64,000 nt of DNA from an uncultured delta proteobacterium (GCA_963816395.1 CAWFKQ010000005.1:448001-512000); one strand, 5' to 3'; counted from the first letter of the stretch, positions 32,506 to 43,852 are shown. Numbers and translations are program-made. The notes: generated by a model from the sequence alone, not told the origin.

Positions 32506-33282
32506 ATGAAGGGACTCAAGATCGCCCTCATAACCATCGCCGTCCTGGTGGTTCTGGCCGTGGTCGGAATCTTCCTGGTAGCCAGGAATCTCAATGGCAT
32601 CGTCGAGGCGGCCATCGAGAAGTACGGTTCGCAGGCGACCGGCACCCCGGTGCAGGTGCAGGCGGTAAATATCGAACTGAAATCCGGTCAGGGATCGGTG
32701 CGCGGGCTGCAGGTAGCCAATCCGCCGGGCTTCTCGAATGAACCGATCTTTCGCCTTGGCGACATCAGCATCGCCATCGATACCGGTTCCCTGACCTCAG
32801 GCCTGCCGGTAGTGAACGATATCCGCATCAGCAATCCGAGCTTCCTCTACCAGATCAATCAGCAGGCCGGAACCAATCTTGGGGTGATCAAAAAAAACCT
32901 CGAGCAGTTCGCCGCTTCCCACGGCGCCGGCAGGAAAGCGGAACCGCTCGCCAAAGGCGGCGGTCAGACGCGCCTGCTGGTCAAGCGCCTGACCATCGAA
33001 GGGGGCAAGGGGGTCCTCGACCTCACCGCGGTCGGCGGCAAGCGCGAGGAGGCCACGCTGCCTCCCCTCACCATGACGGATGTCGGCGGCAGGAACGGCA
33101 TCACTCCGGCCGCTCTCGGCGAGGCGGTGCTCGCCGCCCTGGTCAAGAACCTGGAACAGACTGCCGCCCGGCAGGGAGTCGAGCAGGCGGTTCGCGGCAA
33201 GATCCAGGAGAAGGGCGGGGAGCTGGAGAAGAAGCTGAACGATAAGGCCGCCGAGGCTTTGAAAAAGGCCTTGGGGCAATAA
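32506..33282 (+). CDS. AsmA-like membrane-anchored hypothetical protein
   Basis: N-terminal TM helix, AIEKYGSQATG, ANPPGFS beta-rich region. Confidence 0.65.
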   Translation: MKGLKIALITIAVLVVLAVVGIFLVARNLNGIVEAAIEKYGSQATGTPVQVQAVNIELKSGQGSVRGLQVANPPGFSNEPIFRLGDISIAIDTGSLTSGLPVVNDIRISNPSFLYQINQQAGTNLGVIKKNLEQFAASHGAGRKAEPLAKGGGQTRLLVKRLTIEGGKGVLDLTAVGGKREEATLPPLTMTDVGGRNGITPAALGEAVLAALVKNLEQTAARQGVEQAVRGKIQEKGGELEKKLNDKAAEALKKALGQ

Positions 33283-33483
33283 CGCGCCGCCTCCGGGAGC
33301 GGCGGGCGGCATTCTGCCCTCAAACCAGGCCAGGCTGCTGGCGGTGGGAGTTTTTGCTGTTTCTTTTCCGCCGCCATCCTCTATAATCCGGCTGATTGCG
33401 CCGCGAAACCATTGGAAGCAGGCGCCGCATTCGGCAGAACCACCCGAGAAAATGGAAATTTCACGCTGCAAGATAATTTCCCC

Positions 33484-33795
33484 ATGAACCTTTTCGCCGA
33501 TATTCCAGCCAACCTGCCGGAAGAAGAGGTACGGCCTCTTCTCACCGCCGCCTCCATCCGCATCGAGCGCATCGTTTCCACCGGCCAGGCCTCCGCCGCC
33601 GGCTTCTGGTATGACCAGGAAGAGAATGAATGGGTCCTGGTCCTGCAAGGGCGGGGAGTGATCGAATATCCGGACGGCTCCACGGTCGAGCTGCGGCGCG
33701 GCGATTCCCTGCAGATTCCCGCCCGCGTCCGGCACCGGGTGCGGGAAACGGGCCGGGAGGAGGCAACCGTCTGGCTGGCGGTTTTCTATCGCTAG
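33484..33795 (+). CDS. Cupin-domain protein
   Basis: IERIVSTGQ...WYDQEENEWVLVLQG...IPA.VRHRV. Confidence 0.85.
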   Translation: MNLFADIPANLPEEEVRPLLTAASIRIERIVSTGQASAAGFWYDQEENEWVLVLQGRGVIEYPDGSTVELRRGDSLQIPARVRHRVRETGREEATVWLAVFYR

Positions 33796-33922
33796 CTTCC
33801 AACCGCCCCGAATCCTCAGGCTGATTTGATTCTGGCGGCGGCGCCTGGCAGCCTTGCAATTCCGCAGCCCCCGGGGCACACTGATAAGGCTGCTGTTTGC
33901 TGTCCGGCCCTTTCAGGAGGTG

Positions 33923-34684
33923 ATGATGAACATTTATGCCCGGCGTTTCCTTTGGCCGGTTTTGCTGGTGCTGCTGGCCGTGACCGCCCGGGCCGAGGAG
34001 CCCTCCTCGGTGCCGCAGCTGTCGGTTTCCGGGCAGGCCGAGCTGCAGGTGCCGGCCGACCGGCTGCGCCTGAGTATCGGCGTGGTCACCCAGGCGCCCT
34101 CGGCGGAGAAAGCCCTGGAGGAAAACAACTCGCGGATGCGGGCGGTGGCCGAGGCACTGCGCCGGGCCGGACTGAGCGAAAAGGAGATGGAGACCGGGCA
34201 ATTCAGGATCGAGCCGCAGCGTTCGTCGCCGCCGCCCCGCCCGGAGGCCGGCTGGCGGCCGCAGATCATCGGCTATACCGTGACCAACTCCCTGAACCTG
34301 CGAACAACCCGACTGGACTTGGCCGGACACCTGATCGCCGCCGCCGGCAAAGCCGGTGCCAACGACATCGGCTCTCTTTATTTCGATCTTGCCGACCCGC
34401 GCCGGTACCGCGCCGAGGCGATCCGCACGGCGACCGCCAACGCCCGGGCGGACGCCCACGCCCTGGCCGAGGCCGCCTCCGTCCGTCTGGTGCGCGTGCT
34501 GTCGCTGCGCCTCGACGAAACAGCGGCGGTGCCGCTGCCGATGGCCGCCGAGCGTTTCGCCATGAAAGCGGCGGCGGAACCGGTCATCGCCCCGGGAGAG
34601 GTGACGGTGCGGGCAGCCGTCAGTATGCTCTACGAAGTGGCGCCACTGGCAGAAGAGCCGAAAGATCAGGGGGGTGGGAAGTAG
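33923..34684 (+). CDS. SIMPL (DUF541, YggE-like) periplasmic protein
   Basis: Signal peptide, SVSGQAEL.VPAD, GYTVTNSL, IAPGEVTV.A.V. Confidence 0.85.
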   Translation: MMNIYARRFLWPVLLVLLAVTARAEEPSSVPQLSVSGQAELQVPADRLRLSIGVVTQAPSAEKALEENNSRMRAVAEALRRAGLSEKEMETGQFRIEPQRSSPPPRPEAGWRPQIIGYTVTNSLNLRTTRLDLAGHLIAAAGKAGANDIGSLYFDLADPRRYRAEAIRTATANARADAHALAEAASVRLVRVLSLRLDETAAVPLPMAAERFAMKAAAEPVIAPGEVTVRAAVSMLYEVAPLAEEPKDQGGGK

Positions 34685-34697
34685 GTATAAGATTGCG

Positions 34698-35420
34698 TCA
34701 GAAACAGGCGGGCGGCGACCCCGCTGGAGCGCCGGCACGCAGCCACAGCCGACGCTCCCAGTCGAAATGCTCGCGCGGGCGGAAACTGTCCTTGTAGGCC
34801 ATGCGCGGACAACCGGGGACGTAATAGCCGAGATAATAATAGGGGAGCCCGAGCCGGCGGGCCTCGGCTATCTCCTGCAGGACGCCAAAAGTCCCCAGGC
34901 CCAGTCCGGCATAGCGGGGATCGAAGGCGAAGTAGACGCTGCTCAGGCAATCCTCCCCCCGGTCGAGAAAGCCGATGCCGATCAGTTCCTCCCCCAGGCG
35001 GATTTCGGTTTGCAGAGAGGGGCAGGAAGGGAGATAGAAAGACAGGAGGAATTCCTCCCGGTCTGCCTCCTGGCCGAAACGTAACCGGGAATGATCCCGG
35101 TAGATTTCGAAAATGCGCTCCGTCGGCTGCAGCGGCCCGAACGAAACCTGCAGCCCGGTGTTCTTCCGGAGCAGGCGCCGTTGGCTGCGCGAGGGGAGGA
35201 ATTCCGCCGTCGGCACCCGCAGGGGAATGCAGCGGCGGCACGCCGGGCAGCCGGGGCGAAAATAGTAGAGGCCGAACTTGCGCCACCCATCGGCGAGCAG
35301 CCGCGAGACTTCGCCGGCGCTGAGGCGCCCGGCCAGAAACGACTGGTAGCGCTTCGCCTGCCCCGGCAGGTAGGGGCAATCGGTAACTTCTTCAAACTGT
35401 GGGGTCTGGATTACCTGCAT
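34698..35420 (-). CDS. bpt: ATE1-like aminoacyl-tRNA-protein transferase (Bpt)
   Basis: CPYLP, GWRKFG.YYFRP.C..C..C, LSSVY.AFDP, YYYLGY, MAYK. Confidence 0.85.
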   Translation of the reverse strand: MQVIQTPQFEEVTDCPYLPGQAKRYQSFLAGRLSAGEVSRLLADGWRKFGLYYFRPGCPACRRCIPLRVPTAEFLPSRSQRRLLRKNTGLQVSFGPLQPTERIFEIYRDHSRLRFGQEADREEFLLSFYLPSCPSLQTEIRLGEELIGIGFLDRGEDCLSSVYFAFDPRYAGLGLGTFGVLQEIAEARRLGLPYYYLGYYVPGCPRMAYKDSFRPREHFDWERRLWLRAGAPAGSPPACF

Positions 35421-35510
35421 GGGACTCCTCGCGGCATTGAGGATGCCACAGGTACTCCCGAGCGTCAACGGCGCTCCCCCACCCCACTGGTCGAATGGTG
35501 GTACTTAAAC

Positions 35511-36124
35511 ATGACCCTGAATGAAATCAGCAGCGCGCTCGCTGCCCATCAACCACGGACCGCCTCCGTACCCGACCGGCGCCAGGGAGCGGTGGCCATG
35601 CTGTTGCGGGAAGCACCCGCCGCCCCGGAAATGCTCTTCATCGAACGGGCCCTGTGCCCTGGCGATCCCTGGTCCGGCGACCTCGGTTTCCCGGGCGGCA
35701 AAATGGAGCCGGAAGATGGTCATCCCCGGCAGGCGGCAGAACGGGAAGTGCTGGAAGAGATCGGCCTCTCCCTGGCCGGCGCCCGTTTTCTCGGCCGGCT
35801 GGACGATATCACCGGCGATCGGCTGCCGATCATCGTCTCCTGCTTTGTCTATGCGCTCGGCAATCCTCCCCCCTGACCCTCACCGAAGAGGTGGTAACGG
35901 CCTTCTGGGTGCCGCTGACGGATCTTCTCGACCCGGCCCGGCACCTGGAGACAACCGTCCGCTTCGGGCGGGAGCCTCTGGTCCGCCCGGCCATCCGCCT
36001 GCTCCCCCCGGGCCGCCGGGTGCTATGGGGACTCACCTATCGGCTGGTCCAGCAGTTCCTCGAACTGATGGGGCATCGGCTCGGTGAGACCGGGCTGGAT
36101 TCTTTCAATCTGTCCTCCTCATGA
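35511..36124 (+). CDS. Nudix CoA pyrophosphatase-like protein (frameshift in C-run near 35870)
   Basis: DPWSGDLGFPGGK...AAEREVLEEIG Nudix box; C-terminal LWGLTYR. Confidence 0.82.
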
Positions 36125-36145
36125 TAGATAAGTCCGGACATCCCG

Positions 36146-36457
36146 ATGAGTCGGCCGGTTGTGCCAGCGGGCTGGGAACAGCTCTGCCGGCGCTGCGGCC
36201 GGTGCTGTTTTGAAAAATGGGTAGAGAGAAACGGCGCTATCCGCTTCACCCGCATCCCCTGCCGCCATCTCGACGTGGTCAGTCGTGAGTGCCGGGTCTA
36301 TGCCAAACGCCTGGAGGTCGGCGAGGGGTGCGTCCGGCTCACCCCGGAGAATCTCCCGGAACTGCACTGGCTCCCCGCTGAATGCGCCTACGTGGAGTTT
36401 ATCCTCGGCCGCCAGCGGGAGGCCGGCAGCCGGCGAAAGAAAAAAAGGAAACCTTAG
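36146..36457 (+). CDS. YcgN/YkgJ-like cysteine-cluster (CxxCxxCC) protein
   Basis: WEQLCRRCGRCC...PCRHLD...CRVY..R...CV...WLPAECAY. Confidence 0.8.
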   Translation: MSRPVVPAGWEQLCRRCGRCCFEKWVERNGAIRFTRIPCRHLDVVSRECRVYAKRLEVGEGCVRLTPENLPELHWLPAECAYVEFILGRQREAGSRRKKKRKP

Positions 36458-36467
36458 CCGCATGCAG

Positions 36468-37757
36468 ATGGTCGCCAAAAAGAAAGCCTGGTTCGGCTGG
36501 TGCATGTACGACTGGGCCAACAGCAGCTTCGCCACGGTGATCATGGCTGCCGTTTTTCCCGTCTATTTCGCCGCCATCATCCCGGCCGGCGGCGCCCAAC
36601 TCTCCCTGTTCGGTTTTGCCCGCACCCTCCCGGCCGCCGCCCTCTGGGGCTACCTCGTCTCCGCCTCCATGCTGGCGGTAGCCTTTTCCGCCCCCTATCT
36701 CGGCGCCCTGGCCGACCACCGGCGGGGCCGGCATCGATTTCTCGTCTTCTTCACCATCATCGGAGCTGCCGCCACCGGCGCCTTGGCCCTGGCCGGTCCC
36801 GGGGACTACCTGCTGGCCGGCGCCCTCTTCATTCTGGCCAACTTCTGCTTCGCCTCCGGCAACGTCTTTTACAATGCCTTTTTGCCGGCCCTGGCCGGCG
36901 AGGGGGAAATCGACCGGCTCTCGGCGAGGGGATTCGCTTTCGGTTATCTCGGCGGCGGTCTGCTGCTGACGGTGGTCTTCCTCCTCATCCAATGGCCCGG
37001 TGCCTTCGGCCTCGCCGGCGCCGGCGCCGCCACCCGCCTGGGACTGCTGCTTACCGGCCTGTGGTGGGGGCTCTTCGCCCTGCCGACGTTCGCCTGGGTC
37101 CGCGAGGAGACCTTGCCCCAGCCGCCGGGGCCGCTGCAGACAGGCCTGCGCGGTTACCTGCGGACCTTCGCCGAGATCCGCGGCTACCGCGACCTGCTCC
37201 TCTTCCTGTTGGCCTTCCTGCTCTACAACGACGGCATCCAGACGGTCATCACCGTCTCCGCCATTTTCGCCAAGGAGGAACTGGGGCTTTCCCAGGGGAG
37301 CATCCTCGGCTGCTTTCTGATGATCCAGTTCGTCGCCATGCCCGGCGCCCTGCTCTTCGGCCGCCTGGCTGAACGCATCGGGGCGAAGCGGGCGGTGCTC
37401 TGCAGCCTGCTGCTGTTCACCGCGGTAACCGTCTATGCCTTCTTCATCCGGAAAGAATGGCAGTTCTGGCTGCTCGCGTTCGTCGTCGCCATCATCCTCG
37501 GCGGCAGCCAGTCGATCAGCCGCTCCCTCTACGGAACCCTCATCCCGCCGGGGAAGAATGCAAAATTCTTCGGCTTCTACGCGGTAAGCAACAAATTCTC
37601 CTCGATTCTCGGCCCCTTCCTGTTCGCCCTGGTCACCGACCTGACGCGTTCGGCCCGCCTCTCCATCCTGGCCATCTCCGGATTTTTTCTGCTCGGCATG
37701 GCGCTGCTGGCCGGAGTGAACGTCGAACGGGGCAAACTCCTTGTCCGCCGGAGCTGA
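36468..37757 (+). CDS. MFS transporter (UMF1/ATG22-like)
   Basis: WCMYDWANSSF, FYNAFLP, LYNDGIQT, FFGFYA; about 12 TM segments. Confidence 0.88.
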   Translation: MVAKKKAWFGWCMYDWANSSFATVIMAAVFPVYFAAIIPAGGAQLSLFGFARTLPAAALWGYLVSASMLAVAFSAPYLGALADHRRGRHRFLVFFTIIGAAATGALALAGPGDYLLAGALFILANFCFASGNVFYNAFLPALAGEGEIDRLSARGFAFGYLGGGLLLTVVFLLIQWPGAFGLAGAGAATRLGLLLTGLWWGLFALPTFAWVREETLPQPPGPLQTGLRGYLRTFAEIRGYRDLLLFLLAFLLYNDGIQTVITVSAIFAKEELGLSQGSILGCFLMIQFVAMPGALLFGRLAERIGAKRAVLCSLLLFTAVTVYAFFIRKEWQFWLLAFVVAIILGGSQSISRSLYGTLIPPGKNAKFFGFYAVSNKFSSILGPFLFALVTDLTRSARLSILAISGFFLLGMALLAGVNVERGKLLVRRS

Positions 37758-37758
37758 C

Positions 37759-38563
37759 ATGAACTCTCGCTATCTGGACCCGCAACCGCCGCGCCTCTTT
37801 GCCCACCGTGGGAGCAGCGCCGATCATCCGGAAAACACCCTCCCCGCCTTCCGGGCGGCGGTGCAGGCCGGCCTGCCTTATCTTGAGCTGGATGTCTGGG
37901 CCACCCGCGACGGCCGGGTGGTGGTCCACCACGACCGCACCCTGCGCGCCTGTGCGGCCGTTTCCGGCGGGTCTCCACCCTCGATTACGACGACCTGCGG
38001 CGGCTGGATGCCGGTTTCGGCTTCTCCCCCGACGACGGCCTGAGCCATCCTTTCCGCGGGCGGGGAATCAGCGTCCCGCTGCTGGAGGAAGTGCTGGAGG
38101 AGTTTCCCGAGACGCTGCTCAACATCGAGATCAAGCAGGAAAAACCGGCTATCGAACCCCAGGTGCTGGAGACCGTGCGGCGGGGCGGCGCCGGCGAACG
38201 GGTCCTGCTGGCCGCCGAGAGCGACAAGGTGATGCGCCGCCTGCGGCGCGCCTGCGGCCCCATTCCCACCAGCTGCAGCCGGGGGGAGGTGGCCGCTTTC
38301 CTGCAATGGACGCAGGGGAACAGGGAGGGAGAATTCCGGACTCCGGCGGTAGCCCTGCAGATTCCGGAAACCTACGGCAATATCCGCCTGGTCACTCCGG
38401 AAACGGTGCAGGCCGCCCATGCCGTCGGCCTGGAGGTGCATGTCTGGACGGTCAACAGGCGGAGGATATGCGGCGGCTGCTGGCGATGGGAGTGGACGGG
38501 GTGATGAGCGATCGGCCGGAGCTCCTCGTCCAGGTTGCCGGGGAGCTTCAGGTCGGGAGATAG
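37759..38563 (+). CDS. Glycerophosphodiester phosphodiesterase (frameshifts near 37960, 38458)
   Basis: AHRG...PENTL.AF, ELDV..TRDG..VV.HD, NIEIK, HVWTVN, GVDGVMSDRP. Confidence 0.85.
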
Positions 38564-38594
38564 GAAATGCTTTAACCTGGAAAAAGCATTCGAA

Positions 38595-38684
38595 CACGGA
38601 TCAAATCTGCTTCAGACGACTGATCAAACCCGGAATGATGTCCATGCCTTTGATCTATCCGATTCTATCCCGATCTTATCCGTG
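38595..38684. repeat. CACGGAT...ATCCGTG-bounded AT-rich palindromic repeat
   Basis: Terminal inverted CACGGAT/ATCCGTG and a right arm of repeated TATCC units, between convergent genes. Confidence 0.5.
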
Positions 38685-38749
38685 GCTAATTGCCGTTTTT
38701 AGTTTCAGGCAGCTTTGAAATCGTCGGCGCGAGCAGCCGCCGTTTACCG

Positions 38750-39656
38750 TCAGTCTCGAACGGCCAGGAAGGGTTCAAAATCGGCGGGGACCGGCGCTTC
38801 GATGGTGAGGTCGCTGCCGGAGATCGGGTGCTGCAAGGTCAGTTTCCAGGCGTGCAGGAGATGCCGGGAAACGGCGACGGTGCGGCCGGCGACGGCAAGG
38901 GCGGTCGGCCCGCCGTACAGGGCATCGCCCAGGAGAGGATAGCCCTCGCCGGCCAGGTGAACGCGGATCTGGTGCGTCCGCCCGGTCTTCGGCCGCGCCT
39001 CGACCAAGGCGAAATTCGGCCCCCGGGACAGGGTACAAAAAGCGGTTGTCGCCGCCTGGCCGCCGGCGCACCCCGCCTCGATCCGCCCGCGGCGGCCGGG
39101 GCGGAGAAAATTATCGACGGCGAAGGCGGCGGGAGGATCACCGGCGACCAGGGCGAGATAGACCTTCTCCAGCCGCCGGCTGGCGAAAGCCTCGGCCATG
39201 CCCCGGTTGGCGGCGTCGGTGAGGGCGAAAAGGAGCACCCCGGAGGTGTCGGCGTCGAGGCGGTGCAGGAGGATGGGGACGGTGGCATCCCCTTCCCGGC
39301 ACAGGTAAGCGGTCGCCCAGGAAAGAGCGTCCGGTTGGCCGGCGATATTGCGGTGGGCGGGAAGCCCGGCAGGCTTGTCCAAAGCCAGCAGCTGATCGGT
39401 CGCGAAAGAGCACGACCGGCTCCGGCGCCGGAACGGCAGCCGATGCCTGTTCGAGGGTGACCGCCACCGTCTCCGTCCCGCTCAGCAGATGGCCGGCGCG
39501 CCGCACCACCTGCCGATCGATGAAGACGCGGCCGGCGTCGAGGGCTTGCTTGACCACTTTGCGCGACAGCCGGAGGCTTTGCGCCAGAAAGATATCCAGG
39601 CGCAGGCCAGCCGCCGCCGCGTCGACAGCCACAATCTGCCGGCGACCGCCCCTCAC
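38750..39656 (-). CDS. RluA/RluD-family pseudouridine synthase with S4 domain (frameshift near 39390)
   Basis: RLDIFL S4 domain, DKPAGL, HRLDADTSG, TGRTHQIRVH, GDALYG, LHAW; GTGA overlap with mtaB. Confidence 0.85.
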
Positions 39657-40936
39657 GCCACCTCCCCGCGCAGACCGGCCGCCGTCCAGGCGGTGACCCG
39701 CACCGGCACCACCTCCCCTTCCCCGGCCAGGCCGGGGAAAAGCACCGTCAGGTAGTTGCGGCTCATGCCGCGGCACAGTCCCTCCTTCTTTCCCTTTTCC
39801 ACCACCACCTCCAGGACCTCGCCGATGAAGCGGCGGCCGAAGGCGGCGTTCTTCGTCTCACCGAGCCGCCGCAGGGCGGCGGCGCGTTCCCGGATGACCA
39901 CCCCGGGGACCTGTTCGGGCATGCTCGCCGCCGGCGTGCCGGGGCGGCGGCTGATAGGGGAAGACGTGCAGGTGTGAAAACGGCAATTCCTCGAGCAGTC
40001 GGCAGGTATTGGCGAACTCCGCCTCCGTCTCCCCGGGAAAACCGGCGATCACGTCCAGGCCGACAGCCGCGTCGGGGAGGCGGGCGTGAATCGCGGTCGC
40101 CAGTTCGCGGAAGAAGGTACGGTCATAATGGCGGTTCATCCGCCGCAGCACCGCATCGTCGCCAGCCTGCAGGGGTATATGGAAATGGGGACAGAGGACC
40201 GGTGAGACGGCCACTGCCTCGATGAGGGATAGGGGATATCTCCGTCGGCTCCAGGGAACCCAGGCGCAGACGGCCGATGCCGCCCTGCTGCTCGATACTC
40301 CGCACCAGCGCCAGCAGGTCGGCGGGCGGCTGCAGGTCGGCGCCATAGCCGCCGATATGGATGCCGGTGAGGACGAGTCTCCGGGTAGCCGGCGGCCAGC
40401 CGCCGGACCTGGGCGAGGACTTCGGCGGGAGGCACCGAGCGGCTGGCGCCCCGGGCATAGGGGATGATGCAGTAGGAACAGAAGGCGTCGCAGCCGTTCT
40501 GGATCTGGACGAAGGCCCGGCTGCGGCCGGCAAAGGAGGAGAGCGCCGGCGGCAGGGACGGCGGGCCGGCCCGGCGGGGCTCGGCGACGCGCACCCGCTC
40601 TCCCGCCGCCAGATGGCGCAGCAGGTCGCGCTTCTCCTCATTCCCCAGCACCAGCGCCACCCCCGGCAGGGACTGCAGGGCACCCGGATCGACCTGGGCG
40701 TAGCAGCCGGTCACGACCACCCGGCAGCCGGCGTTCAGGCGCTGGGCGCGGCGCACCAGGTTGCGCGATTGGGCATCGGTGGCGGCGGTCACCGTACAGG
40801 TGTTCACTACCACCAGCTCCGCCCCCGCCTCGAAGGGGACCAGCCGGTAGCCGGCCGCCCGCAGGCTCTCCTCCAGGGCCGCCGATTCGAACTGGTTGGT
40901 CTTGCAGCCCAGGGTGGCGATGGAAACGGTCTTCAT
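39653..40936 (-). CDS. mtaB: tRNA t6A37 methylthiotransferase, radical SAM (about 3 frameshifts)
   Basis: [55 protein letters not shown]. Confidence 0.88.
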
Positions 40937-42016
40937 TCGATCCAGCCGCCCCCCAGCACCCGCTCGCCATCATAAAAGACGGCGGCCTGGCCCGGGGTTA
41001 CCCCGCGCTGCGGTTCGGCGAAGTTCACCCTGGCCCGGCCGTCGGGCAAGGGCGTGAGGGTGGCCGGCACTTCCTGCTGCCGGTAGCGGATACGACAGGC
41101 GGCCTGCAGAGGGGCGGCAGGCACCCGGCCGGTCCAGTTGACCCCGTGCACCGTGAGTTCCGCTGTCGCCAGGCACTTCTCCTCGCCGACCAGCACCCGT
41201 TTGCGTCCGGCATCGATGCCGACGACGTACAGCGGCTGCGGCCAGGCGATCCCGAGCCCGCGCCGCTGACCGATGGTATAGCGGTAGGTCCCCCGGTGCC
41301 GCCCCAGCACCTCGCCCGAGACATGGACGATTTCGCCGTCCATGCCGCCGGCGCCGCGCTCTTCTTCCAGGAAGCGCACGTAATCGCCGTCCGGCACGAA
41401 GCAGATGTCCTGGCTCTCCGCCTTCTCCGCCACCCGCAACTGCAGGCGGGCGGCGTGGGCGCGCACCTCTTCCTTGCGTCATCCCCCCCAGGGGAAAGCG
41501 CACCCGCTCCATCTGCTCCCGGGTCAGGGTGAAGAGGAAGTAACTCTGGTCCTTTCCGCGGTCGATACCCTGGCACAGGGCTGGACCAGCCGCTTCCTCA
41601 ATGATGCGGGCGTAATGGCCGGTAGCGAGTAGATCGGCCTCCAGTTCGCGCGCCCGGCGCAGCAGCAGGTCGAATTTCAGCACCTGGTTGCACAGGACGC
41701 AGGGGTTGGGGGTGCGGCCGGCGAAATAGTCGTCACAGAAACGATCGATCACCTGCCGCTGAAAGTCCTTCTCAAAATTGATGACGTAAAAGGGAATGTC
41801 CAGCGATTCGGCCACCCGGCGCGCATCGTAGACGTCGTCGAGGGAGCAGCAGGTACCGAAGGTCTCGCCATGCCCGGCAGTGAAACGGGAATAGTCCCAG
41901 ATCTGCATGGTCATGCCGATCACCTCATGCCCCTGCTCCTTCAGCAGGGCCGCGGTCACCGACGAGTCGACCCCGCCGCTCATGGCGACGACGATGCGTT
42001 TTTTCTGTTCAGCCAT
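40933..42016 (-). CDS. mnmA: tRNA-specific 2-thiouridylase (frameshift near 41478)
   Basis: [57 protein letters not shown]. Confidence 0.93.
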
Positions 42017-42045
42017 AAGCTGTAAATGGTCGCACCAGAGAGATT

Positions 42046-42107
42046 GTAGGGGCACGGCGTGCCGTGCCCCTACGGTTTCATGGAGCACGGCGCGCTCGTG
42101 CCCCTAC
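42046..42107. repeat. GTAG-family REP palindrome pair
   Basis: GTAGGGGCACGGC-GT-GCCGTGCCCCTAC perfect stem, plus a second degenerate unit GGAGCACGGCGCGCTCGTGCCCCTAC. Confidence 0.8.
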
Positions 42108-42136
42108 GGCAAGAACAAAGACCGGGGTCAACCCGT

Positions 42137-42506
42137 TTAACCTTGCTTCTCCCGGTAAGTTCTTGATCGCCTCGTGCAGAGCGTCGGCCGCCAGATTGGA
42201 GCAGTGCATCTTCTGCGCCGGCAGTCCGTCGAGCGCCTCGGCGACGGCGGCGTTGGTCAGTTCCAGCGCTTCCTCCAGGGTCTTTCCCATGGCCATTTCC
42301 GTGACCATGGAGGAGGTAGCGATCGCCGCACCGCAGCCGAAGGTCTTGAACTTGATATCCCGAATGACGCCGTCCTCGATCTTGAGGAAGATCTTCATGA
42401 TATCTCCGCAGGAGGCGTTACCCACCTCCCCCACCCCATTGGCGTCGGCAATCTCCCCGACATTGCGGGGGTTGGTGAAATGGTCCATGACTTTTTCGGA
42501 ATACAT
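42137..42506 (-). CDS. iscU: Fe-S cluster scaffold IscU (extra base near the C-terminus; true end probably ...KNYREKQG*)
   Basis: YSEKVMDHFTNPRNVG, GNASCGD, FKTFGCGAAIA, KMHCS. Confidence 0.92.
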
Positions 42507-42524
42507 GTGAACTCCTTGAGAATC

Positions 42525-42617
42525 GTAATATGTAATCTGTGATCGGTGACAGGTGAAAAAGCGAACCAGTCTCCCCTATTACTTATCACATCTTACTGGT
42601 TACGTCTTAAGATTTCA
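42525..42617. repeat. 7-mer-periodic inverted repeat between iscS and iscU
   Basis: GTAATAT GTAATCT GTGATCG GTGACAG GTGAAAA ... TATTAC TTATCAC ATCTTAC TGGTTAC. Confidence 0.75.
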
Positions 42618-43821
42618 GACCCGTTTGACCACACTGCATTCCTCGCAGCTCATCGGCTCTTTGCGATTGTACAGAGGACTCATCTCCCTCAGACGCTGGA
42701 CCATGGGAGGCAGGACCTCAAGGACGAAATCGACCTCCTCCTCGCTGTTCTCCGGTCCCAGGCTGAAGCGGGTGCTGGAGTGGGCCAGGGTGACTTCGAC
42801 GCACATGGCGCCCATCACGTGCGAAGGCTCGAGGGAGCCGGAAGTGCAGGCCGACCCCGAGGAGGCGGCAATTCCTTTCATGTCGAGGTTGAGCAGCAGG
42901 GACTCTCCCTCGATATAGGCGAAGCTGATATTCAGGGTATTCGGCAGGCGAATTTGCGGATGGCCATTGAGTTTGATCTGCGGAATCCGTTCGAAGAGCC
43001 CCCGCTCCAGTCGGTCACGAAGCTGCGCCACCCGCTCCATCTTCACCGGCAGTTCCTGGCCGGCCAGTTCGCAGGCAAGTCCCAGGCCGGCAATGCCGGC
43101 CACGTTGTGAGTGCCGGCGCGCCGGTTGCGTTCCTGATGCCCGCCGTGTATCAGCGGTACCATCCTGGTTCCCCGGCGGATATAGATGGCGCCGACCCCT
43201 TTCGGAGCGCCGAGCTTGTGCCCGGAGAGGACGAGCAGGTCGACATTGGCCTGCTGCACGTCGACCGGGATCTTCCCCAGCGCCTGCACCGCATCGGTGT
43301 GCAGCCGGACCCCGTTCCGGCGGGCAATGGCGCCGATCTCCTCAATGGGGAAAAATGGTGCCGGTCTCGTTATTTGCCCACATGACGGAGATCAGAATGG
43401 TCCGGGGGGTGATCGCCGCTTCCAGATCGGCCAGGTCAAGCATCCCGTCCGCATCGACCGGCAGATAGGTCACCTCGAATCCCTGTTTTTCCATGAACTT
43501 GCAGGTATTGAGCACGGCCGGGTGCTCGACCGCAGTGGTAATGATGTGATTCCCCTTGTCGCGCAGCGCGTCGGCCGTTCCCTTGATGGCGAAATCGTCC
43601 CCCTCGCTGCCGCAGGAGGTGAAGACGATTTCCGCCGGCGAACAGTTGATCAGTTTCGCCACCTGCTCGCGTGCCTTCTCCACCGCACCAGCGACCGCTC
43701 GCCCGGCCCAGTGCACGCTCGAGGGATTGCCGAACTGCTCGCGGAAGAAAGGGAGCATCACCTCCAGCACCTCCGGCCGCACGGCGGTGGTGGCGTTATT
43801 GTCCATGTAGATGTGTTTCAC
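42615..43821 (-). CDS. iscS: Cysteine desulfurase IscS/NifS (frameshift in homopolymer near 43352)
   Basis: YMDNNATT, FGNPSS, WANNETG, HTDAVQ, SGHK, SSGSACTSG. Confidence 0.92.
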
Positions 43822-43852
43822 TGGCATCCTCCTCAATCGAGCTGGCTAAAGC

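Noticed and set aside
39653..43821. Programmed frameshifting or true pseudogenes in mtaB, mnmA and iscS
   Set aside because: Indels are scattered without a common slippery motif and hit core genes; sequencing error is more parsimonious.
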